From an uncultured Pseudomonadales bacterium (GTDB lineage Bacteria; Patescibacteriota; Microgenomatia; UBA1400; PJMF01): a stretch of 64,000 bases of DNA. The DNA is taken from positions 2,996 to 66,995 of the forward strand of contig CAZNOF010000009.1 of NCBI GenBank assembly GCA_964574595.1, in the 5' to 3' direction. The notes under the pieces were generated by a model. That model worked only from the letters and a program-made list of their open reading frames with translations, was not told the origin of the DNA and searched no databases. A program made the position numbers and the translations under genes. This document shows positions 44,987 to 55,250 of the stretch, piece by piece (position 1 is the first letter of the stretch; each line of letters begins with the position of its first letter).

Positions 44987-47302
44987 ATGATATTTGACCT
45001 ACAATCAAGCTATAAGCCCACAGGTGATCAGCCAAAAGCTATTGAAAAAATCGTCAATGGTATTAAAGACCAACAACAGTTTCAAACACTGTTGGGGGTA
45101 ACTGGTTCTGGTAAAACGTTTACCATGGCGAACGTCATCCAGCAAACCGGATTACCTACACTGGTTATGGCACATAACAAAACACTTGCTGGCCAACTTT
45201 ATCAAGAATTTAGAGACTTTTTCCCAAATAACGCGGTTAGTTACTTTGTTTCTTACTACGACTACTACCAACCAGAAGCTTACATTCCTTCGAGTGACAC
45301 CTACATTGAGAAGGAAGCTACCATCAATGACGAAATCGATAAACTTCGTTTGGCCACCACTACCAACTTGTTAACTCGCCCAGACTGTATTGTGATTGCT
45401 TCTGTGTCTTGTATTTACAACTTAGGGTCACCAGTTGAGTACGGGAAGTATGTTCTAGAAATTATGGAAGGCGAAATTATTCCCCGTGAGAGCATCTTGC
45501 TTCAATTAGCTAACCTCCAATACCAAAGATCTGATAGTGATTTAGTTCGTGGAAGTTATCGTATGAGAGGCGACGTCATCCAGCTTTGGCCAGCATATGA
45601 GGACACCGCATTGAGAATTGAAACGCTAGAAAACAGAATCACTTCAATTGATCGAATCGATCCAATCACTGGATCACCAACTGTTGATAACAAAAAAATT
45701 GAACACTGGGAACCACGTCAGGGTCAACAAGGTTTATCAGCAAAACGATTCATTATCTATCCTGCGAAACATTACATGACAAATCCGATGACTCAAGCAG
45801 ATTCAATAGCCATGATTCAAAAGGACTTGCAAATCCGCTTAGCAGAGCTTCGAGCGGCCGGAAAAATCGTAGAAGCGTACCGACTCGAACAAAAAGTAAA
45901 TTACGATATTGATATGGTGCGCGAATTGGGATTCGTGAACGGAATTGAGAACTACTCTAGATATTTTGACGGGCGGAAACCAGGGGAGCCACCATTCTCA
46001 CTCATTGAGTTTTTCCATGAGAACGCTAAGTTGTTTGGCAAGAATGACTTTTTAACGATTGTCGATGAAAGCCACATTAGTATCCCCCAAGTCAGAGCAA
46101 TGTATAACGGCGACCAAGCTAGAAAAAGTACTTTAATTGATTATGGATTTAGATTGCCATCCGCCTTAGATAACCGTCCACTCAAGTTTATTGAGTTCAT
46201 GTCTAAAATGAAAAAGATGGTATTTGTGTCTGCCACACCAAACGATTGGGAAGTGTCCATGTCAAACAATGAAGTGGTGGAACAGCTGATCCGACCAACT
46301 GGATTGCTTGATCCAAAAATTGAGCTCAGGCCTACCAAAGGACAAATTGAAGATTTAATTGTGGAGATCATTGACCGAAAAAGACTCGGCCAAAGAACCA
46401 TCGTTACCACACTCACCAAAAAAATGGCTGAAAAATTGACAGAGTATTTAAATGATCCGGTCAAAGTTGCTAAGTTGATTGCTTCGAAACGAGAAAAAAT
46501 TGAAGAGGATAAGAATAGTGAAAATCCGGACAAGGTGATCTATCAGGGTGATGAACTACCAATTGATGAGATGGAAATTGACAGAATTGATCCCAAATTT
46601 TTCACCGAAGCAGTTGCTCCAAATCTCAATATCACTGAACTCGACTTTCCCAAAGTTGCCTATTTGCACTCAGACATTGTTACTTTGGAACGATCAGACA
46701 TCCTCGATGATTTGAGAAGAGGCGAGTACGATGTGGTCGTGGGAATTAACTTGTTACGAGAAGGACTAGATTTACCAGAAGTTACACTCGTCGCCATTTT
46801 AGATGCAGATAAAGAAGGTTTCTTGCGATCAAGAACCAGCTTGGTTCAAACCATTGGCCGCGCTGCCCGACATGAATCAGGCCAAGTCATTATGTATGCC
46901 GACCGAATGACGCAATCAATGAAATACGCCATCGAGGAAACGCAGCGAAGAAGACGCATCCAGTGGGAGTACAACAAAGAGCATGGCATCACGGCCACCA
47001 CAATTTATAAACCAATTCGTGAACGCATGATCGCTAAGACTGAAGACAGTGAGAATAAAGACACTTCAAATAATCGAGGTGGCTGGGGAGAACAAAAAAC
47101 CAGTCGAAATATGGTCACTTTAAGTAAACATGAGCAAATTGATTTAACCACAATAGATCCAGAAGCATATACACCTGACGATAAGAAGAAATTGGCCGCT
47201 AAATTGCGACGTCGCATGAAACAAGCTGCCAATGAAATGGATTACGAGTTAGCCGCAGAGATTAGAAACATCGTCACCCGATTGGAAACTGAAGAAGCAT
47301 AA
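44987..47302 (+). CDS. uvrB: excinuclease ABC subunit B with a ~60-aa insertion in helicase domain 2
   Basis: PTGDQPKAI, Walker A GVTGSGKT, C-terminal UVR domain ELAAEIRNIV. The tracked TTG at 44930 precedes the conserved N-terminus; ATG at 44987. Confidence 0.9.
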   Translation: MIFDLQSSYKPTGDQPKAIEKIVNGIKDQQQFQTLLGVTGSGKTFTMANVIQQTGLPTLVMAHNKTLAGQLYQEFRDFFPNNAVSYFVSYYDYYQPEAYIPSSDTYIEKEATINDEIDKLRLATTTNLLTRPDCIVIASVSCIYNLGSPVEYGKYVLEIMEGEIIPRESILLQLANLQYQRSDSDLVRGSYRMRGDVIQLWPAYEDTALRIETLENRITSIDRIDPITGSPTVDNKKIEHWEPRQGQQGLSAKRFIIYPAKHYMTNPMTQADSIAMIQKDLQIRLAELRAAGKIVEAYRLEQKVNYDIDMVRELGFVNGIENYSRYFDGRKPGEPPFSLIEFFHENAKLFGKNDFLTIVDESHISIPQVRAMYNGDQARKSTLIDYGFRLPSALDNRPLKFIEFMSKMKKMVFVSATPNDWEVSMSNNEVVEQLIRPTGLLDPKIELRPTKGQIEDLIVEIIDRKRLGQRTIVTTLTKKMAEKLTEYLNDPVKVAKLIASKREKIEEDKNSENPDKVIYQGDELPIDEMEIDRIDPKFFTEAVAPNLNITELDFPKVAYLHSDIVTLERSDILDDLRRGEYDVVVGINLLREGLDLPEVTLVAILDADKEGFLRSRTSLVQTIGRAARHESGQVIMYADRMTQSMKYAIEETQRRRRIQWEYNKEHGITATTIYKPIRERMIAKTEDSENKDTSNNRGGWGEQKTSRNMVTLSKHEQIDLTTIDPEAYTPDDKKKLAAKLRRRMKQAANEMDYELAAEIRNIVTRLETEEA

Positions 47303-47348
47303 CTCTTCTCTTACGGATTTTTTACACGTTGCCTGCTACAGTATCAAT

Positions 47349-48569
47349 ATGCGCAACGCCTTTCTCCTCATTTTCTTTGTATTATTTGTTGGTATCGTAG
47401 GTTCAGCCGTTCTGCCAGTTGTCAGCGATTTTGTTCACAAGCAAGTGATACAACTCTCCACAGCCGTTCCTGTTCCTTCACCAACTCCTGCTAACACATA
47501 CAACATCACAGCAGAAATAGATCCTAAATTGAAAAGCACGAATGGTCTGAATGTCTATGACTTTGCCGACAAAGTCACCAATGCGCGTGACCTCCAATTC
47601 ACTCCTGGCGGAGTACTGCTTGTTTCCGAAACTTCTGAAGGTAGAGTAGTGGCGTTGCCAGATCGTGATAAAAACGGCAAAGCTGATGAAGTCAAAACAG
47701 TCTTGAAAGGCTTAAAAAAACCTCATGGCTTAGCTTTTTATCAAGGAAAACTCTTTGTGGCTGAAGAAAATAAAGTTGTTCGTTACATCTGGAATGAGGC
47801 AGATCTTACAGCTCAAAAAGAGAAAGATTTATTCTCACTACCAAGTCAATTTGTCAGTCGTCACTTTACGAGAGGTCTTGAATTCGACAAAGCCGGTAAC
47901 TTATATGTCTCAGTTGGCTCAACTTGCGACACTTGCTTAGAATCGAATGATCAACTGGCTAGTGTTCTCATTACAAATGCTGACGGCTCCTCACCACAGG
48001 TATATGCCAAGGGTCTTAGAAATGCCGTTTTCTTAAAGTTAAATCAAAAAACTGACCAGATTTGGACAACTGAAATGGGTAGAGATATGCTGGGTGATAA
48101 CATCCCACCAGATGAAATCAACATCTTACAAAAGGAGGGAAACTACGGTTGGCCGTACTGTTATGGAAACCAAGTCAAAGATAATACGTTCAAAGAGGGA
48201 AATCCAATAGATTGTCTGAACACAGTTTCTCCAATCTACCAAATTCCCGCCCACTCAGCACCACTTGGTTTGACATTCATTCAGTCAGCTATGTTTCCAG
48301 ATGACTGGCAAGGTGACCTGCTTGTTGCATATCATGGCTCATGGAACAGAACGACTCCAACCGGTTTTAAAGTAGTCCATCAGAAAGTATCGGGGAATAC
48401 CGTCATAAGTGAAGAAGATTTTTTAACAGGGTTCTTAAATAGTCCAAAACCAAGCGATGCAGTTGGCAGACCAGTTGATCTCGAATTTGACCAAAATGGC
48501 CATCTATTTGTCTCTGACGATAAGGCCGGCAAAATCTACATGATTTCTGCAGGAAATCGAGCACAATAG
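47349..48569 (+). CDS. PQQ-dependent soluble sugar (glucose/sorbosone) dehydrogenase-like beta-propeller
   Basis: PHGLAF, GNYGWPYCYG and HSAPLGLTF motifs, with an N-terminal anchor. Confidence 0.55.
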   Translation: MRNAFLLIFFVLFVGIVGSAVLPVVSDFVHKQVIQLSTAVPVPSPTPANTYNITAEIDPKLKSTNGLNVYDFADKVTNARDLQFTPGGVLLVSETSEGRVVALPDRDKNGKADEVKTVLKGLKKPHGLAFYQGKLFVAEENKVVRYIWNEADLTAQKEKDLFSLPSQFVSRHFTRGLEFDKAGNLYVSVGSTCDTCLESNDQLASVLITNADGSSPQVYAKGLRNAVFLKLNQKTDQIWTTEMGRDMLGDNIPPDEINILQKEGNYGWPYCYGNQVKDNTFKEGNPIDCLNTVSPIYQIPAHSAPLGLTFIQSAMFPDDWQGDLLVAYHGSWNRTTPTGFKVVHQKVSGNTVISEEDFLTGFLNSPKPSDAVGRPVDLEFDQNGHLFVSDDKAGKIYMISAGNRAQ

Positions 48570-48647
48570 ATCTAGTTTGTCACTGATTGTTTTATATATC
48601 CCACTCTAGACCTTTCGCCATATCTTCGCTATACTGATACACTATTT

Positions 48648-51647
48648 ATGGCAAAAGAAGTAATCAAAATTACTGGCGCTCGCCAGCATAATTTAAAGAA
48701 CATTTCAATGGAAATTCCTAAGAACCAGTTAGTGGTTTTAACAGGAATGTCCGGCAGTGGAAAAAGTTCATTGGCTTTTGATACCTTATACGCGGAAGGT
48801 CAACGCAGGTATGTAGAAAGTCTGAGTTCTTACGCCCGTCAGTTCTTGGGAGTCATGTCAAAGCCCGAGGTAGACCAAATTGAAGGGTTATCGCCTGCCA
48901 TTTCTATTGACCAAAAAACCACCTCACACAACCCACGTTCCACGGTTGGAACAATTACTGAAATTTACGACTACATGCGTTTACTTTTTGCCAGAGTTGG
49001 TCACCCTCACTGCCCAAATTGTGGCAGAGAGATTTCTACCCAAACGGTCGATCAAATTGTGAATCACATCATGGATGAACTTGATTTGCGTGCGGCTTCT
49101 GGCTTAGCACGCATGTACCTTCTGGCCCCCGTCGTTAGAGAACGAAAAGGGGAGTTCTCTGCACTTTTCGAATCGCTTCAGAAAAAAGGCTACCAACGTG
49201 TCCGTATAGATGGAGTTGTCTACGAGATGAGCCAAGATTTCTCGCTCATCAAAACCAATAAACATACCATTGAAGTAGTGGTTGATCGGTTATCCATCAT
49301 TAAGAAAGAGCTAGGCGATGAAGTCACCAGAAAAAACTTTAGAAGTAGATTATCCCAATCAACAGAAGAAGCCCTAAAGCTGGCTGATGGCATGGTCACA
49401 GCAGCATTTATTGATGATGCCTCACTCGAATTTCCAACCAGTCCTAAATCATTTACTAATAAATTATTTAGTGAAAAGTTCGCCTGTAGTTTCTGTGGCA
49501 TTTCACTTCCTGAAATTGAACCAAGATTATTTTCTTTCAACTCTCCAGAAGGTGCTTGTGAAACATGTAGTGGACTAGGGTCTCTTCTCAAAATTGATCA
49601 GCCTAAAATTCTGGCTCCTTCGTTAACTTTAAGTGAAGGCGCCGTCATTCCTTTTTCTCGAATGTTAAGCAATGACACATGGTGGTCTAGACTTGTCAAA
49701 ACAGTCGTTGAAGAGGCAGGCTATGATTTCCGAAAAACCGCATTTCAAGACATGAAGCCAGAGGTTCAACAGATGTTGCTCTTTGGTTCTGAAAAAGTCT
49801 ATCAGGTTGAGGGTGAAAATCGATTTGGCCGCCAAACCATGATTGAAGAAAAGTTCGAAGGGTTCATCAATAATCTTGAGCGCCGTTATCATGAAACCGA
49901 TTCTGAATTTATTCGCAAAGAAATTGAAGAGTTTATGGAGCGAACTATCTGTCCAAAATGTCATGGCACACGCTTAAAACCAGAACCACTTTCTATCACT
50001 ATTGACGAAAGAAACATTGCCGAAATCACAGGCATGCCGATTGATAAAGCAGTTTCCTGGATCAAAAAAATCAATGAGAAACCCACTTCAGAAGATGAAA
50101 GTATCAACAAAACTGTTTTGTCAGTTAAGGAATTTACTATTGGCGAATCGATTCTCAAAGAAATTTCCGTTCGCTTAAAATTCTTGTCCGCAGTAGGTTT
50201 GGATTACCTGACTTTACATCGTGAAGCTGCTACTTTAGCCGGTGGTGAAGCTCAGCGAATTCGGTTGGCATCACAAATTGGTACGGGTCTGACTGGCGTG
50301 CTTTATGTCTTAGACGAGCCTACCATCGGATTACACCAACGAGATAATTTACAACTCATTGACACGCTAAAAAATCTGCGTGACAAAGGTAACTCAGTCG
50401 TGGTGGTCGAACACGATCGAGATTTAATGCTGGCTGCTGATTACATTTTTGACTTTGGACCGAAAGCTGGTAAACACGGCGGTCAAATTGTGGCTGAAGG
50501 AACTCCTGCCCAAATTATGAAGGATCCTCACTCAGTTACTGGCAAGTATTTAAGCAGACAAAAACAAGTGACTCGCTATGGAAAAAAGGCAGCTACAGAA
50601 GCCCAGCTACTTGACCCAGAAGCTGGTCCAAGTGCCATCTCATCTCAACCTGCAATTAGAATTACTGGCGCCTCTCACCATAATCTAAAAGATGTGGATG
50701 TCTCATTCCCATTAAATACTTTGACGACAATTACAGGGATTTCTGGTTCAGGTAAATCCACACTTCTTCACGATACTCTTTACTACAACTTAGCCAAACA
50801 ACTTGAAAAATCAATTGATCAACGACCAGGAGAAATTACCAGCATTAGTGTGCCTGAAGAAGTCAAAAGAATCAGTTTAATTGATCAAAGTCCAATTGGG
50901 AAAACACCTCGCTCGAATCCGGGTACCTACACTAAAATTTTTGACTATGTTAGAACGGTTTTCGCCAACACCAAAGAAGCCCGTGTTCGCGGATATACTT
51001 CAGGCAGATTCAGTTTCAATGTGAAGGGTGGTCGCTGTGAAGCCTGTCAGGGTGATGGTCAATTAAAAATTGAAATGCAGTTCTTGCCGGATATTTATGT
51101 AGAATGTGACGTTTGCCACGGAGCAAGATATAACGAAGAAACATTAGCCGTGAAGTACAAAGAGAAAAGTATTGCCGACGTTCTGGCCATGACAGTTGAT
51201 GATGCCGCAGAGTTCTTTTCGGGACACAGCACTTTACGCAACAAACTCAAAACATTACAAGAAGTAGGACTTGGATATATTGAGATCGGTCAACCCGCGC
51301 CAACATTAAGTGGAGGAGAGGCGCAGCGCGTCAAACTCGCGAGAGAGCTGTCTATTCGAACCACCGACCACTGCATCTATTTGCTCGATGAACCAACAAC
51401 CGGTTTACACTTTGAGGACATTCAAAAATTACTCCAAGTCTTAGAGCAACTGGTATCTCAAAATAATACTGTTATTCTTATTGAGCATAACTTAGACGTG
51501 ATTAAGAACGCTGACTGGGTGATTGATCTGGGTCCTGAAGGTGGTGAAAAAGGTGGACAAATCATTGCCACTGGCACCCCATATCAGGTTGCTCATAATC
51601 CTGCTTCTTTTACCGGTCGATTTTTAAAAGAAGAAATGGGTCTGTGA
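48648..51647 (+). CDS. uvrA: excinuclease ABC subunit A
   Basis: Two ABC ATPase modules (GMSGSGKSSL, GISGSGKSTL), Zn-finger Cys clusters, 999 aa. Confidence 0.9.
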   Translation: MAKEVIKITGARQHNLKNISMEIPKNQLVVLTGMSGSGKSSLAFDTLYAEGQRRYVESLSSYARQFLGVMSKPEVDQIEGLSPAISIDQKTTSHNPRSTVGTITEIYDYMRLLFARVGHPHCPNCGREISTQTVDQIVNHIMDELDLRAASGLARMYLLAPVVRERKGEFSALFESLQKKGYQRVRIDGVVYEMSQDFSLIKTNKHTIEVVVDRLSIIKKELGDEVTRKNFRSRLSQSTEEALKLADGMVTAAFIDDASLEFPTSPKSFTNKLFSEKFACSFCGISLPEIEPRLFSFNSPEGACETCSGLGSLLKIDQPKILAPSLTLSEGAVIPFSRMLSNDTWWSRLVKTVVEEAGYDFRKTAFQDMKPEVQQMLLFGSEKVYQVEGENRFGRQTMIEEKFEGFINNLERRYHETDSEFIRKEIEEFMERTICPKCHGTRLKPEPLSITIDERNIAEITGMPIDKAVSWIKKINEKPTSEDESINKTVLSVKEFTIGESILKEISVRLKFLSAVGLDYLTLHREAATLAGGEAQRIRLASQIGTGLTGVLYVLDEPTIGLHQRDNLQLIDTLKNLRDKGNSVVVVEHDRDLMLAADYIFDFGPKAGKHGGQIVAEGTPAQIMKDPHSVTGKYLSRQKQVTRYGKKAATEAQLLDPEAGPSAISSQPAIRITGASHHNLKDVDVSFPLNTLTTITGISGSGKSTLLHDTLYYNLAKQLEKSIDQRPGEITSISVPEEVKRISLIDQSPIGKTPRSNPGTYTKIFDYVRTVFANTKEARVRGYTSGRFSFNVKGGRCEACQGDGQLKIEMQFLPDIYVECDVCHGARYNEETLAVKYKEKSIADVLAMTVDDAAEFFSGHSTLRNKLKTLQEVGLGYIEIGQPAPTLSGGEAQRVKLARELSIRTTDHCIYLLDEPTTGLHFEDIQKLLQVLEQLVSQNNTVILIEHNLDVIKNADWVIDLGPEGGEKGGQIIATGTPYQVAHNPASFTGRFLKEEMGL

Positions 51648-51667
51648 ACTTCTTAAAGAAATAGTAA

Positions 51668-53533
51668 ATGAAAAAAATAGCCTACTTTTGTCTAGTATTT
51701 TTTCTTGCATTAGGAGCCTTTTTCACTCTTTCTTCCGTTGCCTTTGCAGACAGTGATTTTTCAGTTTCCCTTCAATCAACCTACACCGTTGTAACAAACG
51801 GAAATACATTTGTTGAGCAGAAATTTGAACTCACTAACAACACTCCTACTTATTATGCCAAAGACTATGCTGTAGAAATTGGCTCGAGTAAACTCAATAA
51901 TGTCCGAGTTTCCGATAGCCAAGGAGAAATTCCCGCGAACATTGTGACTGGCGAGAACAAGACTTCTGTAGGGATCAGTTTTCGTGATCAATTAGTAGGA
52001 GAGGGGAAAAGTCGAACTTTTGTGATTACCTTTGAGAATCCAGACTCCTCACAAATTAGCGGTAACGTTTTGGAAGTGGACATTCCGAAATTACTGAAGG
52101 CGAAAGAGTACAGCAAATATAAAGTCATCGTCAAAACACCAACTCAATTTGGCAAACCTGTTCGAGTAACTCCCGGGAACTATATTTTGTCAGAAGACTC
52201 TAAAAACATTACCTTAGAGTTCAATGATTTAGGCGAACAAAGTGTGTCGGCACTTTTTGGAAACAAGCAGGTCTTTGATTTTACCGTCATCAATAATGTA
52301 GAAAACCCAACCAGCAATTTAGGGGTAGTTCAACTCGCTCTGCCACCAGATACAGCGAGACAAAAAGTCAACTACATTTCACTAGATCCGCCACCAAAAG
52401 AAATGGCCAGAGATCTAGATGGAAACTGGATAGCTACATATGAAGTTGCCGCGCAAAAGAATCTGAACGTAGCTTTGACTGGTAAAGTAATGATTACGCT
52501 AGATGGAAACCAAGAACTTTACTTAGCACCACCAAGTAACCATTTAACTCAATCGCAGCAGTATTGGGAAAGTACAAATTCGCAAATTACTCAGCTTGCC
52601 AAACAATATCCAAATCCGAAAAGTATTTATGACTATGTGGTAAACCATTTGACATATAACTATCAAAGGGGAGAAAACACAACAAATGAGCGGTTGGGCG
52701 CAGTACGTGCCCTAACAACCCCGTTGAATGCCGTCTGCCAAGAGTTTACCGATCTATTTATTGCCTTAGCCCGTGCGAATCATATTCCGGCACGTAGAGC
52801 GGTAGGGTATGCCTACACTGCCAACAGCCGATTGAGACCTCTCGGATTTGTGCAGGACACCTTACACACTTGGCCAGAGTACTATGATAAATCAAAAAAC
52901 GAATGGATTCCTATTGACCCCACTTGGGGCAATACGACTGGTGGAATAAATTACTTTGATCAATTTGACTTTAATCATGTGGTTTTCTCAATCAATGGAG
53001 AGTCGAGCACGCTACCTTACGCCGCGGGGTCGTACCGAAAGGAAAGACAGATCACAAATAATATTGAGGTGAAGTTTGGCAACGAAATGCCTTTACCAAC
53101 TCCCAGCTACCACTTAGAGCTCATTCGAAAACCGATATGGAAATCTTTCTTAAACTCACAGTACACCCTGCAAATTACCAATCAGACAGGAGTCGCTTGG
53201 TATAATATCCCCATCCAAGTCATTTCGGACAATCCGCAAGTTCAACTCGATAGTTCAGAAGCACATTTAGATTATTTATTACCATATCAAACAAGAGAAA
53301 TTTCAATCACGGCTGTGACAGCACAAAAATGGAAGTCTTATCCATTTCGCTTGACAGTCTTAGTTGATAGCCTATCATCAACCTATGATCTCAACACCAG
53401 CCTCAGCCTCCAAGGCGCGCTCGCTCCAAACGTCATTGCAATTGGCGTGGTCGGGGGTGTGGTCATCGTTGCCGCACTCACCTGGAGTGTACTGGTTTCT
53501 AGACGATCACGACACCGTTCTGTACGTCGGTAA
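51668..53533 (+). CDS. secreted transglutaminase-like protein with an intact Cys-His-Asp triad and a C-terminal TM anchor
   Basis: Signal peptide. AVCQEFTDLFIALARANHIPAR (Cys), HTWPEYY (His), IPIDPTWG (Asp). C-terminal IAIGVVGGVVIVAALTWSVLV followed by RRSRHRSVRR. Confidence 0.55.
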   Translation: MKKIAYFCLVFFLALGAFFTLSSVAFADSDFSVSLQSTYTVVTNGNTFVEQKFELTNNTPTYYAKDYAVEIGSSKLNNVRVSDSQGEIPANIVTGENKTSVGISFRDQLVGEGKSRTFVITFENPDSSQISGNVLEVDIPKLLKAKEYSKYKVIVKTPTQFGKPVRVTPGNYILSEDSKNITLEFNDLGEQSVSALFGNKQVFDFTVINNVENPTSNLGVVQLALPPDTARQKVNYISLDPPPKEMARDLDGNWIATYEVAAQKNLNVALTGKVMITLDGNQELYLAPPSNHLTQSQQYWESTNSQITQLAKQYPNPKSIYDYVVNHLTYNYQRGENTTNERLGAVRALTTPLNAVCQEFTDLFIALARANHIPARRAVGYAYTANSRLRPLGFVQDTLHTWPEYYDKSKNEWIPIDPTWGNTTGGINYFDQFDFNHVVFSINGESSTLPYAAGSYRKERQITNNIEVKFGNEMPLPTPSYHLELIRKPIWKSFLNSQYTLQITNQTGVAWYNIPIQVISDNPQVQLDSSEAHLDYLLPYQTREISITAVTAQKWKSYPFRLTVLVDSLSSTYDLNTSLSLQGALAPNVIAIGVVGGVVIVAALTWSVLVSRRSRHRSVRR

Positions 53534-54845
53534 AGCCAAGGATTTAAAAAATAGAATTCAATCGTATAAACTCTGGCAAGGAACTACCGGCAAAACTCGT
53601 CGTTTGGTTTTTCATGCTAAATTCTTGAAGCATCAGGTGTTGGATAGTGAGCTAGAAGCTCTGCTTGTAGAAGCTGAACTTATTCGCACGCATCAGCCAC
53701 AGTACAACATTTTATTAAAAGACGATAAAACACCACTTTATGTCCAAATCACAGACGATTTGTATCCAAGGGTCATCACAATTCGTAAAAAAGAAGTGGA
53801 AAAGTTTAAAATTCATGGTAAAGTCTTCGGCCCTTTTCCAAGTGGCTTTAAAGTAAAGGAAGTACTTCACATTGCTCGAAGAATTTTCCCATACTGTAAT
53901 GCACCTAGAAATGCGCTGTATGGAAAACCAGAAAATAAACCGTGTTTTGATTATCATTTAGATCTATGTAATGGAGCCTGCATTGGTGAAGTCACACCCG
54001 AAGAATATGCCGCTACGATTGATCAGCTGAAACTTTTCTTGCGAGGAAAGAAAAAAGAAGTGATTAGGACAATTGAGGCTGAAATGAAAGAAGCCTCAGA
54101 CAATGAAAAATATGAGTATGCGGCAGATTTACGAGACAGAATTTCGTTAATTAAAGAAGTGACTGAAAAACGATATCAGCTTCGCCCTGAACTCACTTTA
54201 CCCAACTTAAAGGAATCTTTACGCGCTGAAGGCCTAATTTATTTACGACGACTACTTTCAACTCACTTCAATTTACCAAAGACGTATCCACTTACTAGAA
54301 TTGAAGGTTATGACGTGAGTAACATTCAAGGCACAAATGCCACTGTTGCCATGCCGGTTTTTATTAATGGCCAAGCCGCCAAAGATCAATATCGATTGTT
54401 TAATATTAAAACATTAGACACACCAAATGACTTTGCCATGATGCAAGAAGCACTGACTCGTCGTCAGAACCATTTAGAATGGGGAGCCCCAAATTTAATT
54501 TTAATTGACGGTGGTAAAGGGCAACTCAGAGCTGCCTTAAAAGTTTGGCAATGGCACTGTCCGGTGATTTCTATTGCGAAAAAACCAGATCGAATTATTA
54601 TTCCCTACTATGACGATACGAAACAAGAATCTGCCAGCAGAAAAAAATCAGAAAAAAAGAAGTCAGAACCAACTGTTGTCCCATTAGAAGAACCAAACAA
54701 AAACCTGAGATTCCTGAAATATCACGAACTCAGACTTCCGGAGCAACATCCTGCCTTGGTTTTACTTCAACAAGTCAGAGATGAATCTCATCGATTCTCC
54801 AAGTTTCAACATACTCGAATGCGCGACCGAAGTATGTTAGAGTAA
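53385..54845 (+). CDS. uvrC: excinuclease ABC subunit C, short form without an obvious C-terminal (HhH)2
   Basis: GIY-YIG PGVYWFLDDHDTVLYVGKAKDLKNRIQSY, UVR-like and UvrC-homology regions. 5' boundary uncertain: TTG at 53364, ATG at 53385, or GTG/TTG at 53436-53469. Overlaps the preceding CDS by at least 65 nt. Confidence 0.75.
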   Translation: MISTPASASKARSLQTSLQLAWSGVWSSLPHSPGVYWFLDDHDTVLYVGKAKDLKNRIQSYKLWQGTTGKTRRLVFHAKFLKHQVLDSELEALLVEAELIRTHQPQYNILLKDDKTPLYVQITDDLYPRVITIRKKEVEKFKIHGKVFGPFPSGFKVKEVLHIARRIFPYCNAPRNALYGKPENKPCFDYHLDLCNGACIGEVTPEEYAATIDQLKLFLRGKKKEVIRTIEAEMKEASDNEKYEYAADLRDRISLIKEVTEKRYQLRPELTLPNLKESLRAEGLIYLRRLLSTHFNLPKTYPLTRIEGYDVSNIQGTNATVAMPVFINGQAAKDQYRLFNIKTLDTPNDFAMMQEALTRRQNHLEWGAPNLILIDGGKGQLRAALKVWQWHCPVISIAKKPDRIIIPYYDDTKQESASRKKSEKKKSEPTVVPLEEPNKNLRFLKYHELRLPEQHPALVLLQQVRDESHRFSKFQHTRMRDRSMLE

Positions 54846-54849
54846 TCGC

Positions 54850-55212
54850 ATGGGATTTATTAAATCAATTATCATTACCCTGATTTCAATTTTTCTGTTG
54901 GCGACTATCGTACCGTCAATCACTTACACCAGCTGGGCAACTCTCTTGATTGCCAGTATTGTGCTGACATTCCTTCAGAAAATCGTTCGTCCAATTCTGA
55001 AGATTCTCTTCTTACCAATTAATATTATTACGTTGGGTCTCTTTTCTTGGATCATCAATGTGCTCATCCTGTGGATGGCCATGTTTATCGTGCCTGGCTT
55101 TCACATTAGCAACTTAATTATTGGCAGTTATCATCTAGGAAGTATTTTTAGTCTCTTGCTGGTATCTTTTGCATTGAGCCTATTTGAATCCTTAATTGAT
55201 CTGGTTATCTAG
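54850..55212 (+). CDS. four-TM membrane protein of the phage-holin-4_2 (YvlD-like) type
   Basis: 120 aa, four hydrophobic helices, MGF start typical of PF04020. Confidence 0.35.
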   Translation: MGFIKSIIITLISIFLLATIVPSITYTSWATLLIASIVLTFLQKIVRPILKILFLPINIITLGLFSWIINVLILWMAMFIVPGFHISNLIIGSYHLGSIFSLLLVSFALSLFESLIDLVI

Positions 55213-55250
55213 TTGATAGCATAGAAGGGCAAAAGAGGTATAATACGCTC

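Noticed and set aside
53364-53384. Tracked uvrC start at 53364
   Set aside because: The codon is TTG and would add ~40 non-conserved residues before GIY-YIG. A later ATG, GTG or TTG is more plausible. The exact start is left uncertain.
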